From positions 26,288,001 to 26,352,000 of the forward strand of contig JBHGNT010000002.1 in assembly GCA_043228905.1 (NCBI GenBank): 64,000 nt of DNA, read 5' to 3'. Each line of letters starts with the position of its first letter. Within the stretch, counting starts at the first letter, position 1. The position numbers and the translations under genes were made by a program. Below are positions 14,401-28,374 of this stretch, piece after piece. This DNA comes from Azolla caroliniana (taxonomy: Eukaryota > Plantae > Polypodiophyta). Under the pieces are notes generated by a model. It made no database searches. It worked only from the letters and a program-made list of their open reading frames with translations, and was not told the origin of the DNA.

Positions 14401-17327
14401 TCTCTGCAGATAGACTACTTAGAAAATAGTTCTAGGAGAAAGTCAATTAATTCCAAACGACTACGATTTAGTTTTTAGTCAAGTTGAATGTAGATAGAGC
14501 TTGGATAATATTGACTCTTTGCAGAATAGTTCTAGAAAAGAGTTCTAGGAGATGGTCAACTAATTCCAAAATGTTAAGATTATCTATCTATCACACTTAC
14601 AGTGAACTTGGGTAGACGAATTTTGTATACATCAGCCAACTCCATCATTAGGTTGAAGAGATTTGAAAATGGGCTATCAAGTACCATCCCTGCAATAGAT
14701 GGATCAGTACTCAGCACCATACAATATGCTGCATAAAAAGAGTGTGAGAGAATTGATATTGAGTCACATTTTATATATATAATAAATAGAAAATGATATA
14801 TATTTCATGGAATATAGATTATATATAAATATACATACATATATATAATAATGCTCCACACACATATAAACCCTTCCAAACGGTCATATCACTTGATCTT
14901 TTGATATTCAGTGTCAGAACGCTATAGCATACAATGTTGATATTCCTAAAATACCTAACAATCCAGTACTATTTGAACATTACCTGGTTACAGCACCCAT
15001 AGAGCGTCCCCAAAGTCCAATGCAAGAAATTTGTTTTAATGAACGCAAGTACTGAACAGCTGCTTTTAGATCATCTTTCTGGAGAAAGCAGCAGCTAAAT
15101 CATGAGTGTTAACACACATCCAACTAAAAGAATATTGATGTATGTCACCCAAGGAACTAATGTGAAAAAAACTCACTTCATTCCAACCAAGGCTAACAAA
15201 ATCACCATGAGATAGACCAGACCCTGAGAAGTCGAGAGTGAATACAGTAATGTTTGAGGGAAGAAGTACAATTGCTGCCTCATTGCCTTCAGCTCGGCAC
15301 CCACTAATAAACACAAGAGAGAATTATGAAATCAATACTTAACACTCTGACAATTGACAATCCCTGGAAAATCAAAAGTCGATGATCACACACATAAACA
15401 AACAAAGAACACCATTTCTACACAAATAAAAAGAAAATGAAGTGCTAATCTCACAATCTACCTTAGTATAAGATGGATTTTCTAGCATAAGATTAGTTTC
15501 TCATTATTATGTTGGAATTTGAGATAGAAACCAGGCTATTGTGTCCTCTCAATCATTGATGCTCAAGAGTCATAAGACAATCGCTGCAAGTAAGTATACC
15601 ATTCATATTCAAATATGTAGAAAAAATACTTTTTCCGAAACAGAATGAAAATCCTTCTCTTTCTCCAGATAACTTTTGGTTTTGCCTTGAGAAGACATGA
15701 ATTTACCTATCATATAGGCCACAACTTATGTTTCTTATTCATCGATTAATTATGGTATTTTCAACATCAAACTCTGTTTATTTTCCTTTCCTAATTTTGC
15801 TCGGTTTCAAAATGTATGAATTTATAATTCTCCTTAAAATAGTTGACCCTGCACCAATGAACTGTATACTCCTATAAATATAACAATCAGAGGAGATAAT
15901 TTTTGAATGTACGAAAATTCATAAGCATGTGTATTAGATTTGTCATTAAGAAGCTAGATAAAAAGGGTACTAAAGATAACCTGAAGAAAAGAAGTGGTGA
16001 GCTTTTACCTGTTTCCATGGCAATATATAACACAGGGAAGCTTTGCATCTTCAGGAAGATCTAAAGGTACATAATGACTGCATTGCAGCAAGTGGCCTCT
16101 ACTGTTTGTAATCTGAACAACAGCAGGCCTTATTATATGTAAAACAATTTTGCTATGGAATAATGGATTGGTATTTTCATCACATGTTTTAGTAATACAG
16201 TGCCAAATCTGGTCTCACATACATTTATTTAGCAATAGAGTGTAACAATATGAGCCTATATGCATTCACTCCACAATTCAGAAATATGAGTAGATTATAC
16301 CCGATCTTCTTCATGTTGTTTCATGAGAGATTGTAAAACTATAGCCTTACGTAAACTATCCTCTTCACATTTTCTCATGATAAGAGTATGTAAACATGGC
16401 ATGATATATGTTTTTTTTTCACACTAATTAGTGATAGAATGTAGATTTATGGCCTTATTTTATTTGTTTTAAGCTTTAATTGTAGAGCGTAAAATATGGT
16501 GTCCATAATGTTTTCTTCAAACTATTATGAGATAGAATATCATATATCCAGTTTTATATACGGTTTCCTTCAATGCTATTTATTAATAGAGGTCATAATT
16601 TTATGCAGTCTATTAGAAAATATTGTGAATGAAACGAGATGTAAAACAGGTTTGTTGAACTATTTAGATATAGAGTATCAAAAATCTATTGTTATGTGGT
16701 TTTTCTTCACCATATTTAATAGTGTAGTGCAACAGAATATGGCGTTTTTATATATACTTTTTTATTCACAATATTTTGTGATAGGGTGTAAAGACTTGGG
16801 CTTGCAGCAAAACTTTCTTCAAGCTATTTAGCAATATATGTTTGTGGATTTATAATAAAATTTCCAAAGAAAATCACATTGCTTCACAGTAGATGCAGAC
16901 AATTTTCCATAAAAACTCTAAAGGAAGTCATATTTCTTCAAATTATTTAATAATAGACAAATTTCCAAAGAAAATCAGGAGGAAATCCCATGCCAACCTC
17001 TATAAAAAATCTCCGCATTATTTATGATAAATGTGTACAATTTTAAAACAAAATTTCCAAAGAAAATCATATTTCAACAAAGATTCCTAAGGAAACACAT
17101 TTCTTTGCATTATATACACACGTACAGACTTAGATAAAAAAAATTAAGAAAATCAAGAGAATTTTACACTAACCTCTAAGTCTTTCCTCTGATAAGTTCG
17201 ACCCTTAATGGAGAACTCAGCCTCGAGCAGATCCTCCACAGTATAATCAGCCCTGGAAAATGGTACCAGTGAAGACATGAGAGAAGAATTCATGTAAGAA
17301 ATATGGATTCAAATACATTGTGCATAA

Positions 17328-17371
<44 letters not shown>

Positions 17372-17410
17372 CCTGGGAGGTCGAATTACGAGGTTAATGA
17401 AAGGTTCCAT
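11480..17410 (-). CDS. Alpha/beta-hydrolase superfamily gene (plant YqkD-like family), about 13 exons, with a 4-bp frameshifting insertion in exon 6 (possible pseudogene or null allele)
   Basis: Exons: 17410-17373 (MEPFINLVIRPPR), 17252-17174, 16112-16009 (LQCSHY..PCVIYCHGNS), 15303-15177 (VFTLDFSGSGLS), 15078-14984 (nucleophile GLWGRSMGAV), 14728-14601, 14185-14105, 13835-13737 (FGHARGD), 13606-13421 (FEGNHNSPRP), then less certain 12893-12830 and about 12553-12499, then 11950-11783 (CCSYPSSN..WGRCSS) and 11665-11480. Extra AGTA at 14706-14709. Confidence 0.88.
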
Positions 17411-17915
17411 GGAAATTCAAATTTAAGACGGTCAGCTGAAGGGTTTCTTCTTTCTCCTTCTCTTTCTCGCTACATCTCTACTATTGAATTCTGGATGAGA
17501 TCTCGCAGATCTCTCTTTAGAATTACTATACTTCTTCTGTTCCGGAAAATCCTCTATTTCCCAACCTTCTTTTCCTTCCTCGATCTTCTTCTTCTTCTTC
17601 CCAATTGCTCTGTTTCTTTATCTATTTTTGATCCTCTAATTTTCTCCTTCCTGAGTATTCCTCTTCTTTCTTTTAAGAATTCTCCGGTTCTGCTTTCTTT
17701 CTTTCCAAAAATCCTCTGTTTCTTCTTCTTCTTCTTCTTCTTCTTCTTCTTCGTCTCCCACCTCCCCACTCTCTAGCTCTCCTTAATTTTTCCAATGTCC
17801 TCTCTGTTTCTGTCTTTTTCCTCTGTCTCTTTCTCTGTCTTGGGGGGCTTCCTCTACTTTTTAAACCAAATGAAGTCAAATGATACATACATACATTCAT
17901 TCATTCATTCATATG

Positions 17916-17916
<1 letters not shown>

Positions 17917-17958
<42 letters not shown>

Positions 17959-17993
17959 TCTCTCTCTCACACATACACATGCATACACACACA

Positions 17994-18032
<39 letters not shown>

Positions 18033-18110
18033 ACACACACACACACACTCTCTCTCTCTACACAAACACACACACACACACCATGTGTGTGTGGCAACCA
18101 CAGCCTCAGC

Positions 18111-18175
<65 letters not shown>

Positions 18176-18336
18176 CCATTTCTGCCCTGTCTCCAAAAGA
18201 CGGCCAAATGTCCCCACGTTTTGGCCGATAAAACTCTCGCTTGTGGGGTAACACCCACCTCACTTTCTTTACACACAAGCCCAATACCTCTCCAATCTTC
18301 TTCTTCTTCTTCTTCTTCTTCTTCTTCTTCTTCTTC
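17917..18336. repeat. Compound microsatellite field (CT)n/(CA)n/(CTT)n upstream of the hydrolase gene
   Basis: Read directly. There is also (GA)n at 17330-17368 and (CTT)n at 17720-17751. Confidence 0.95.
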
Positions 18337-20005
18337 TTTTGTCTTAGTTAAATCACTCACAATAAAAGGCGAAGTGTTTAGGGAAATCGTTAGAAGATGA
18401 GAGAACTCGTCGGGGTTTTGCATGTTTCGGGCCTATTTCTGATTTAATACTACTATACCACCGCATGCATACCCTTTGGTTGCACCCATAACAAAGGCAC
18501 GCAAGCAGGGCATCAATTATACACCTTGCCAAACTCATCAACAGATGAACGCTTTATATTCTCACCGGAACAATAAGCCCTCCTCCGCATCCCAGTGTGT
18601 TTTTACTGAACACACTCATATTCTTCAATGGTGTATGAATATGTAAGTAAAATGAGTAGAATTCCCGATGCAATAAAAGCGCAAAGTTTCTAGCATTACT
18701 TTTGTGAATCCATTAGAAGTCATATGTGTACATCGAAATGTATAAATGTGATGGTTGCCACCGTAAATCTTATGAGGTGTGGGTTTAACTTTAAGCGCGA
18801 TGGGTCTAACGTAGCATTCACTGTAAAAGCATCGTTCGTGTTTCTCTATGTGCATTTAAATTTAAATACTTTGCTCTTAGATTTGGCTTACCACAACTCC
18901 CCATGGGTAAAAAAAAACAAAAGCATTCATATTTTGTTTGTTTGTGACCATGTACAATAACGCTTTGCTTTAAAAAATAGCTTTTAGTTTTATGACCCGA
19001 GGCCCAAAACAAAAATATATATAGTGTCCCACCATCGTGGCATTTGTTGTCTTCCATGTGCTTGTATCCTCCACTTCACTTTCCTTCGTTATCCTTGATT
19101 TCATATATTAAATCACCGCTCTCGATTTCCAACCAACCTATTAAATCTTACTATACATGGATAACTTCCGATCGATGTGAACTCCATTTTTTAGCTTTAT
19201 TGGAACGCGTCCCATATGTTTGGCACTTAAGTCACACTCTAAATGCATGAAAATTGAGCAATTATTGGATTCCAATGTCTTGGAGTGCCAAATTTATATT
19301 TTCTTGAACAACAAACTCTTTAACGTTTTATAGCTTTAGAACAAAAAATGATCCAATTATTTCGTTCCCTATCAATTACGCGAAATAAAATAATGGAAAA
19401 TATAATAATAATCTTGACAATACTTGCAATGCGAAACCACTTCGATTCGTACAATAATAAGCAAGAATGTAAACCCACATGTTTTTGTTGTTTGCATACC
19501 CCTTTGTAGCGTCCTTATAATAATTCATGCATAATGGAACCTATTATGTATTTGTTTGTTTAACGTTTCTTACCTAACATGCTCTTTTACTAGACCTTCA
19601 AATAGATGCTCATTAAAATATGTGGCACATTTTACAACCCAGATATTCATGGGGTGTGATAATGTAAATTGGAAAATGTGTTTGCATCCACACATAAGGG
19701 GAAATGGGTAACTTCTCTTGCATGTTTTGATTTAAGTTTTTTTACTAGTATTATCCATCAGAGAGTACATATGTTGACAAGTTTGCTTTAAGCAAAGCCA
19801 AAGCATTTACTTATCAATGTATGATCCATGTTAGCGCATGTTTATTGGCCAACTTGCCACATCATATTTATGGTTGAACAAAAGTCGTGGGAAAAGTTTT
19901 TACTATCACAAGCATTTTATATCAAGGCAAATATTTGGTGGAAGCTACACCATCTTTCTACTAGAAAATTCTCTAAGATATTCCATACAACTCTACTAGG
20001 ATACA

Positions 20006-21200
20006 ATGCAAGGTGATTTTAGTTACATACATGGACAAGCATCCATCTTACGTAGAGTACTGCTTCATGTTAGGAACATGCCAAAATCATCATTTGACAA
20101 CCAATTAAGAAGAAAAATAAAGGATACTTTCTTGAGTTATGATGTTTTACATGATGGACGATTAGGGTTGATCCCCCTAGAAGATGAATGTCTCGTTGAG
20201 GCTACATTAAAACCCATTATAATTCTAGCCAAGGTAGATAAGATTTGGATCCTAGACCCTGATACTAATGTTGTTCATCCATGGTGGGATCTATGGGTAG
20301 TGGGCAAAAAACCATTATGTGAATTGGAATGGGATCCAGGGGAATGGAAGTGGTTACCCACATCATATTCAGGGGAGGATGTTAGGCCGATTCCGTTTTT
20401 TCAATATTTAGTTCGATTGGGATGGGAGATGTTACGACGTAGGATACCTCATTGGCTGACAACAGCTACAACATGGTTGAGTTATAATGTGGATTCTACT
20501 CATACGACAACATTTTGGAAATGGCTATGGGCTATACAAATCCAAAGAAGATTATTCTATTTAGATGGTTGATTGTTCATTATGCGGTTCCTGTTAGGGT
20601 TTGGATGCATTGTAAGGATATGGATAACATGTGTGATTTTTGTGGATTAGAGATGGAACTATCTCTTCATCACCTATTCTGGTCATGTACGACTGATAAA
20701 TTGGTTTGGAAAAGGATATTACGTCTATTGCATGAGGTATATGGCTCTAGAGTATATAAATGGGGGACAATGTTGTGGGCTGCTATTAAGGGTGAGGTAC
20801 AAGATTATGAACAAGAAAACGTTACCTTTGCATTACATACAAGAGGTAGATATATTGAGGAAGTGTCGTTGTATATGCCTATTAATTCCGTACAGAATGG
20901 GGTGGTTTGGGAGACTATTAGTTCCATAACATTATGGTTTTTGTGGACTAGTAGATGTCGAAGGGTAGTTCAACAAATTCAATGGAATGTTGTGGATGTA
21001 GTCAAGGAGATTTGGTTGACCTTGGTGCATATATTAAAATGGGAATATGACGCTATCAAGGGTGATTAAGATTTAGTCTTTCGAAAGAAAAAGGTTTTAA
21101 AGAAGAGATGGGAAAGGATGAATGTATTCTACATGGTTAATTGTTGTATACGTTGGAGGTATCAACCACCTCTTTGAGTATTTCCTCCACCGATATGAGG
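20006..21200 (+). mobile_element. 5'-truncated, frameshifted L1-like LINE ORF2 C-terminal remnant (copy A)
   Basis: zf-RVT-like K-I-x-L-F-R-W...CDFC..HHLFWSC, followed by LWFLWTSRCRRV; broken by a frameshift and stops. Confidence 0.7.
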
Positions 21201-21339
21201 CATGTGGCTATGTTTAACTGTGCTTGGTACTGTCTTGGGAGTTATGTATATCAATGGCAGTCTATGAGCAGTTGAAAAGAAAGAAATAACTGAGATTCTG
21301 TGCAATCTCAAGGCTTGGGCCAAGAAGAAAGACCTTTGA

Positions 21340-22384
21340 GAATAAGCCCATTGTGGGTCCACGAGAATAAGCCCATTGACAAACTTTTGTGGGATCCCAA
21401 TGAATGGAAATGGCAAAGCATATTACCACAATGAATGCTAGGCAAGCAAATCCCATTTTTTCAGTACTCGGTAAAAATGGGTAGAGAATTGCTAAAGAGG
21501 CATGTGGTTGTTACGCCAGCACCATGTAAAATTTGGAACTTGGGTAATGTACGACACTCTTGGTTAAATGCTTATTGGAAATGGCTATGGGCCAAAAGTT
21601 GTCTTGTTTAGATGGTTGTTAGTACATTATGGCACCCCTATGAAGTCATGGATGAAGGGGCATTGCCATGATTTAAAATGTGACAATTGTGGTTTTCCCA
21701 ATGAAATGGTGCACCATGTTTTATGGGTATGTCCTATAGCTAGAGCAGTATGGAAAAGAGTGTTGAGAATTTTGTATCCTATTTATGGTAAACAGGCGTA
21801 CACATGGGGTTTTGTGAGATGGGGAAGGTTGGCTGAAGAAATACAAAATTATGAAAAGGACTGTGTTGATTTTCTTCTCCTCGCTGATGGAAGACATGTG
21901 TTGGAGGCCTCTTATACTACACCAATCCATTGTTTGGAAGAAGAAAAGGTTTGGTCTATTGTATCTTCTTTAGTAGTTTGGATGTTATGGAAGGCAATAT
22001 GTAAGTGTGTATTTCAGAATGTCAAACCGAATGCGGTTAAGATAGTCAAGGAGATATGGTTGATGCTCCTGCATACTCTAAGAGGTCAATATGAGGCAAT
22101 ACATGGTGAGCTTGACGTTGTGTTTCGCAAGCAACAACAATTTCAAGAAATTTGGAAAAAGGTAGAGATCTTCACCTATTTTGGGGACAGAATAAAATGG
22201 AGATACGCTCCACCAAGATGGCTTTTTCGGCTCCCTGTCATGAAAAGACCATGCATGAGGGTTTCCGCTACTAGACATGTCCATTCATGTGGGAAGGAGG
22301 ATTGTAATAGGTTGTATGGATACTTTGTAGCCTTTGGGCATCTTTTCATTAATACCACGGTGAATCTTGACTTTAAAAAAAAAA
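21340..22384 (+). mobile_element. 5'-truncated L1-like LINE remnant (copy B, same family) ending in an A-tract
   Basis: WDPNEWKW, IPFFQYSV, KVVLFRWLLVHY, CDNC..HHVLWVC, VKEIWLMLLHTLRGQYE and WRYAPP are colinear with copy A. A-run at 22375-22384. Confidence 0.75.
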
Positions 22385-24229
22385 ACCAACCTTTCAGACT
22401 TATTTTTTGGTTTGTTGAAAGCATGTGGCCACATGGGAGATATATAGAAAGGGAACAAGTTTTTCTGTTTCATCAGAATGGATGAGCTCATTAAAAGTTG
22501 AAAATGATAATATTTTTACACATGTCTTTCAAATGTGGTGTTTTGGACCTCACTCATTAGAGGATATGTAGAGAATGGCCAAGGTGGACATGCACCTGTT
22601 GCTAGCAAAGGTCAAGGAATGGATGTGGTGATAACAAAGTAAGTATTACTTGGAAGTAATGTGATTGTTGGAACTGTCTTGATGAATATGAATATGAAAT
22701 GTGACTTTCTTGCGGAGACACTCAAGACCGAATTGATTTCAAGATAGGTTGAAAACAGGTGTATCAGAATCCATATAAACTATTCGATGGGTTGAGATCC
22801 CTCAAGGTGGGTGCCGATCATCGGGCTTTACATGAAGGCATGCTCATACATGTTGAAATCATGTCTTACACAAGACAGGTTGGGGAAGGATAGTCACTTC
22901 CTTTCCATCTATTTTGTATTTCGTAGCTGATATGTTTTTTAAAACTAATAGAAGGATATGTTTTTTGGGAATTAAGAAGAAAAATAAATGAATATCGAAT
23001 AAAAACTGAGCCATACATCTACGAGTATTTCGGCTTGAAGTTAAAAACTAAACAAGCCCAAATATTCATGCCCCTCCCAAATAATTACCCTCAAAATGTG
23101 TTCCTTGAGGACATCTTATTTTTGCTTTCTACTTGGCCAACGATGATAAATTGATATATTGTATTCATTTGCATACTCATTGATTGAAGATTTACTTTAA
23201 CATTGATCCATGAGGGCTCATATCACCTGAATTTTGTAAATACAAAGGTAACGAGGGGAGGTGGTTCATGGAGATGAATTTGGAGAACTGAAAAAGTGGG
23301 GGTGGAAGAAAACGTGATGCCACAACATAATCTCTCATGGACATGCAACAAGAACCTCTAGGAAACAACGAGGTGACATAAGAGTGGATGTGGGAAAAAG
23401 AAAGGTCTCAAAAAATTAACCACATGAAATACCTATTTGTATGCTTCAATTATTAGGGTAAAAGAATGATGACCTAAAGGGAGATATACCTACAGACTAA
23501 AGTTATAACAAGTTAAAATGCATCAATGATGAAGCAATATATGATGTATGTTTCGAGACAATCTAAGAAGCTTTGTCATTAAATTATTATGAGGGCTCGA
23601 CCCAATGGGATCGAGTTTGTGTGTGGAAATACACCAAGTGGCAACTCCAAATATTCAAAAGAACCCACAATATTTTTGCATGCAAATTTGGGCCAAATAT
23701 AATTTCAAGTAAGTGACATCTAGTACCTACCTGGTGAAAATGTTAAGGAAATCAATGATCTAATGATGGGTGAGTGAGTAAAGCTAGAATGAGCACGAAA
23801 TTTCTTTTTAGTTTTGACATGCAAAAAGGCACACTGAATTAAGTGGTCTCTTAAAGAAAGAATAAAGAAGACTTGTGCGAAGTGACAATTTAATTCAAAG
23901 TAGAAAAGTTCTTTACTTAGAATTCACATGGCAATTTGATGAGAGCTTTGTAGTAAACTAGTTGCTAACCTCAATGAGATTGTCTGGGGAAAAACTAAAT
24001 TACCAAGCTCCATGTACAATATCAGTTGTGATCATTGTTAAGTTACTACTAATCAAGTTAACTTTAAGAAAAGAACTTAATTACTCTTAAAATGTTACAC
24101 ATATTTTATAGCAGTTAAATAAATAGAAATACAAAGAATTGGTAATCATGCTTTCAATTAATTTAGAGAGAGCTCTAACATAAATTTTAAAATGAAGAAG
24201 TTGAAAAAATCTAAAATTGGAATGTATAC

Positions 24230-26220
24230 CTCTTTTACAAAGTTGAGCGGTTGACCTTAGCCCCTTTCAAACTTGGGTGAACATAAAGTCTTTCCCCTCA
24301 ATTCCTAAGCACTAGGCATTGCTCTTATCTTTGACATTGTATCCTTGAACTTGTACCACCACTTCCTTATGAGAGATTCAACGAATACTTCACACATGTA
24401 CATCACCTGGGTGAAGTATGAGTCTCCACATTTGTCACACATGGTTATACTCAAATATACTACATTAGTGTTAGGAAAAAGCCTCATCCACAAAAGTACC
24501 CATTGAAGAATCATGAAATGGTCTAGGCAACTTGTTTGAGGGAAAAAAAAGGCATAGGGAAGGGAGTGTCACAATGCCTCATCCACAAAAGTACCCATTG
24601 AGGAATCATGAAATGGTCTAGGCAACTTGTTTGAGGGAAAAAAAAGACATAGGGAAGGGAGTGTCACAATGCCTCATCTCAAATATATGAAAACATGAGC
24701 TAAGTGAGATGCAAGTGATGGTTCACACTTTGGCCAAGCAATGATCGTCCATTTAAAGAAGAAGGTGGTAAAGTATTTTGGTGTAATATATACCTACTTT
24801 AAACGAGTGTGATGCAAAGCTCTAATGCATCCCATCTTTTTAAAATATTCATGACAGTTAACCTTTCGAAATTCAAAGTTTCCCTTGCATGTCTTCTAAA
24901 ATTTTGTATGCAAGTACCCTAGGGCCTATAACATGCACGCAATAACCCTTTCTATAGCCACAACATTTTAAACCCTTAAAACAATTTGAACCTCAAGAAG
25001 CATGTCTCAATAATGACCTCAACAAGAAGTTGTCCAAACTCAGGAAGTAATAACACATATGACATTAACTCTCAAGGGATGTTCAACCCTATAGAGCAAT
25101 ATTCTCAAAATTGGTATTTTGTAGGAACTCAAACTTTAGTTTCTCATCTATTGTATTTTGTTCTCAAATGCATAATAAACTTAGTTTCCCACTGTGAAAG
25201 TAAATATTACCCTCCATCCATGGGAGATGTATCACTATTTTTACAAAAAAAATTACAAGTTGAATACAAGAGAAAACAATCAATTCATACACAATTTCAC
25301 TTCCATTATAAAATACCAATTAAACACTCACGAGCAATTCCTTATACACCTCATGAGCACTCGAGAACACGTTTATGTCTCTTCTTGCTATTCCACCACA
25401 AAGAAGGAATGTCAATTTATAGGCCTTTAACAAACATAACATCAAAACACATGATACTCATCTAGCATGCAATAGTCCACACCATCATTAAAAGACATTT
25501 GGCTTCATTCCTATCATGAGCATTAACCCTAATAGTCTAATAGAAAAGAGAAAGAAAGAAAGAAATATTAATGTCTTTGAAGAGGCCAAAATGGCCTATA
25601 AGACCTGTAAAGAATCAATGGTGATTCTTGTGTAGCGGAAGAGATGTGTGTTATGTGTATGTGTAAGAGGAAAAAGGAGAGGAGAGAAACTCAAGATGGA
25701 TAAGAGACAAAATGAAGTACTCAAGAAGAAGGAGATGTATATTAACAAGGAGAATATGATAAATGAAAATGTAGCATTACAAAGAGTCACAACCGACTTA
25801 GTATGAAGTATGAGGAGGGTGCTTTATATAGAGTCACCCTCTCTCTTCATTAACTTACAACAACCACTCTCCCTCTTGGGGAATGTGAAGACTCATAGTC
25901 ATGGGAATATGTAACTCATTAGTTATGTGTCATAGAATATTATTCTATGACACATAATTAATGTGTAGAGAGTAGTGGTGTGACTCTTGACCTTTGAGTA
26001 ATCATGGATTCTCAAAAGGTGTGTTCACACGTTGCACTATGTTAAGCTTGATTCTCAACAAGACCATACAAGTGATTACATCTTAAGTGTTGTCTTGTCT
26101 TTGAGAACAACAAATCAAAATAAAATAAATATTACTTCGTAAATATAAAAGTATATAAGATAAAAAGAGACAAGGGAAATTGGTTTTCGTCACATGTGAG
26201 ATTCTCAAGTTAGATGTGTT
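24230..26220 (-). mobile_element. Highly degenerate Ty3/gypsy relic (RT/RNaseH/integrase traces plus a probable LTR-like region)
   Basis: The - strand shows VDYCMLD (about 25480; cf. CVDYRALN), DSYFT (about 24420; cf. DRDxRFT) and a TATA-like tatataaagc at about 25830. No open frame; boundaries are uncertain. Confidence 0.4.
24481..24678. repeat. 95-bp near-perfect tandem duplication
   Basis: gcctcatccacaaaagtacccattga..gggagtgtcacaat at 24481-24575 and 24576-24670, with very few differences. Confidence 0.95.
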
Positions 26221-26347
26221 ATAACTTTTTTCTTTGAAAGATCTCTAGCATAGGTTAATCCAGAATGGAAAGGTCTCTGAAGCGAGGGAAGCGCCTACGA
26301 TGGCAGGAGATAATGGCTTTTATCTGTCGATGACAAGGGTGTTGAGG

Positions 26348-27190
26348 TCATGGGCCATGGGGCGGGGGCCTACATGCACGACAAATTTTTATGCCCCGAT
26401 CAATTGTAACCCCTTTGTTATGTCTTGGTCGAGAGCCCATTTGTGTATCCCTTGATTGACTTGTAGCATTAGTAGGAGTGATGGGGCTAAAGAAAGTTGT
26501 GATTGTTCTTTGTGGATGAGCTTGGGTGACTGTATTCTTCAACAACTTTTCCCAATGTCTCTTTAGCTCTAGCAAGAAAAGTCTTAGGCACCGTTGGTCC
26601 TCATATTCTATTACCTTGCGTAGCAGGCCAAAGCCTTGTTTAAAGAGGAAATTATCTCCCTCTGATTTCATAAAAGACACTACAATGACAAACATAGTGT
26701 TCTTCGGATTCCATTCCTTGATGACACAATTGGCAAATTCTTTCTTATAGAGATATTTGTGTATATCTACCTATCTCAATCTGTAATCGATGTATGAAGT
26801 TCGCAACTGCCCTATCACATTGCGCAACGCATAGGATAGATGTATGTCCATATAAGGTGGCCTGATGATGAATCCATCCTTCGATGTGTGTAAGAAATGT
26901 GTCTTATAGTGGGCCATCTTCGTACCAAGTGATATTTTGGGGTTGATCCATGTTATCTTGTTTTCCAAGTTAATAATATTAGTTTGGATCACTCTATTCT
27001 TTTCCACTTTGGTCATATTTAGATGGGGACAACCCAAGCTATATTGGAACGAGGGTAGTGCATCTATACTCATGCCATGTGACTCAAACCATTGCTACAT
27101 TTCAGCATACCAACAATGAATGTCTCCATTTTCAGCTAGTTGTCTTGATGACATAAGTGCCAACCTTGGGTATCTTCGTTTAGGGATAAA
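26348..27190 (-). mobile_element. Degenerate non-LTR retrotransposon (RTE/L2-like) ORF2 3' fragment
   Basis: IGQLRTS... followed by ESEEHYVCHC-like residues, resembling the C-terminus of the LINE at 49000-49700; stops and frameshifts are present. Confidence 0.55.
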
Positions 27191-28374
27191 TTATTAAACG
27201 GTTCCAACAGAGGGGAAGGAGCTCCTCATCCTAAACTTGAATTAAGGTTGAGGCTTTGTCTCATCAAAAAAGTTCCATACAAGTTTGTCTATTTATAATA
27301 TAGTGCTTTACATGTGTAGCTAACTGAGTGGAACTTCCACAATATCTTTCCCACAAACGCATAATTTCCTACTCTAGCACTAACAATGGCAATGTTAGTG
27401 CTTTAGAACCAAGTAGATTGGATTTCATTCTCCAGATTTGTCTAACTTTCTCTAATTAGATTTATGGATTAGGTAAAAAAATATGCCGACATACATATTG
27501 ACCTACTCCTTTGGACGAATGGAGACCAACAAAGATGACGGCAGGTTGTGTATTGGAGTCCTTATAACCTTCAAAGTGAGAACACGATGTGATTGAGACA
27601 TGAGAAGAAAGTATAACCAAGGTCCTACCAACTAATCATTTCTTTATATTCTCAATGACAACAAAATAAAACATTCTTTTGCACTAAGGATTGCAAAAAC
27701 TTCTTAGAAAGGAAGTGAAGACTTTTAAGAAGTTTTATACGACCACCAATCACTCAGTCTACCAAAAGAAGAAGCAAAGGAGCTATATATTTGAAAACTC
27801 GTCCTTCCGTCTGCATTTCGATGTTAGAAGTGCCAAAAGTTTCCAATTTGGAAATTCCAAGTTGCAAGTTGCAAGTTGCAAGCTGCAAGAAAACATGTCA
27901 GAAATTAGATAAGAACCATGCATTTAGGAGATAATGTGATGTTTAAAGGAAAAGTAGCATGGTTGGTCCAATGGTTAGGGTTTAGGTTACAAATCTTTGC
28001 CCATAAACCAGACATAGGTTAAAAATTTGACTCATGCCACCGACATTAGGAGTGAAATTTGAGAGCCTCCAAGATTTACTAAATATAAATATTTGGCTGA
28101 ATTTACATACTTAAAACACCTTAAAAAATTAAGCAAATTGAGCAAAGTTTTCACAATATTTATCTTATTTTTGTCAAATATTTCTGATAATTTCTTGTTG
28201 TGTTGTAAAATTGGGTAAATATTTCAAAATGATTTGTCGTAAATGTGGGCAAAGTACAAGGTGCTATATGAACAATGTGTAGGAGCACCATTCTCTTTAT
28301 TCTCAAGATCTATGACAATCAAAAGGCAGGCACTGAGTTAGAATAAACGATAAGGATGCACGAGTATCAATGCC

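Noticed and set aside
17303-18423. ORFs of 60-200 aa rich in RE/SL/HT/K/E runs
   Set aside because: These are translations of microsatellites.
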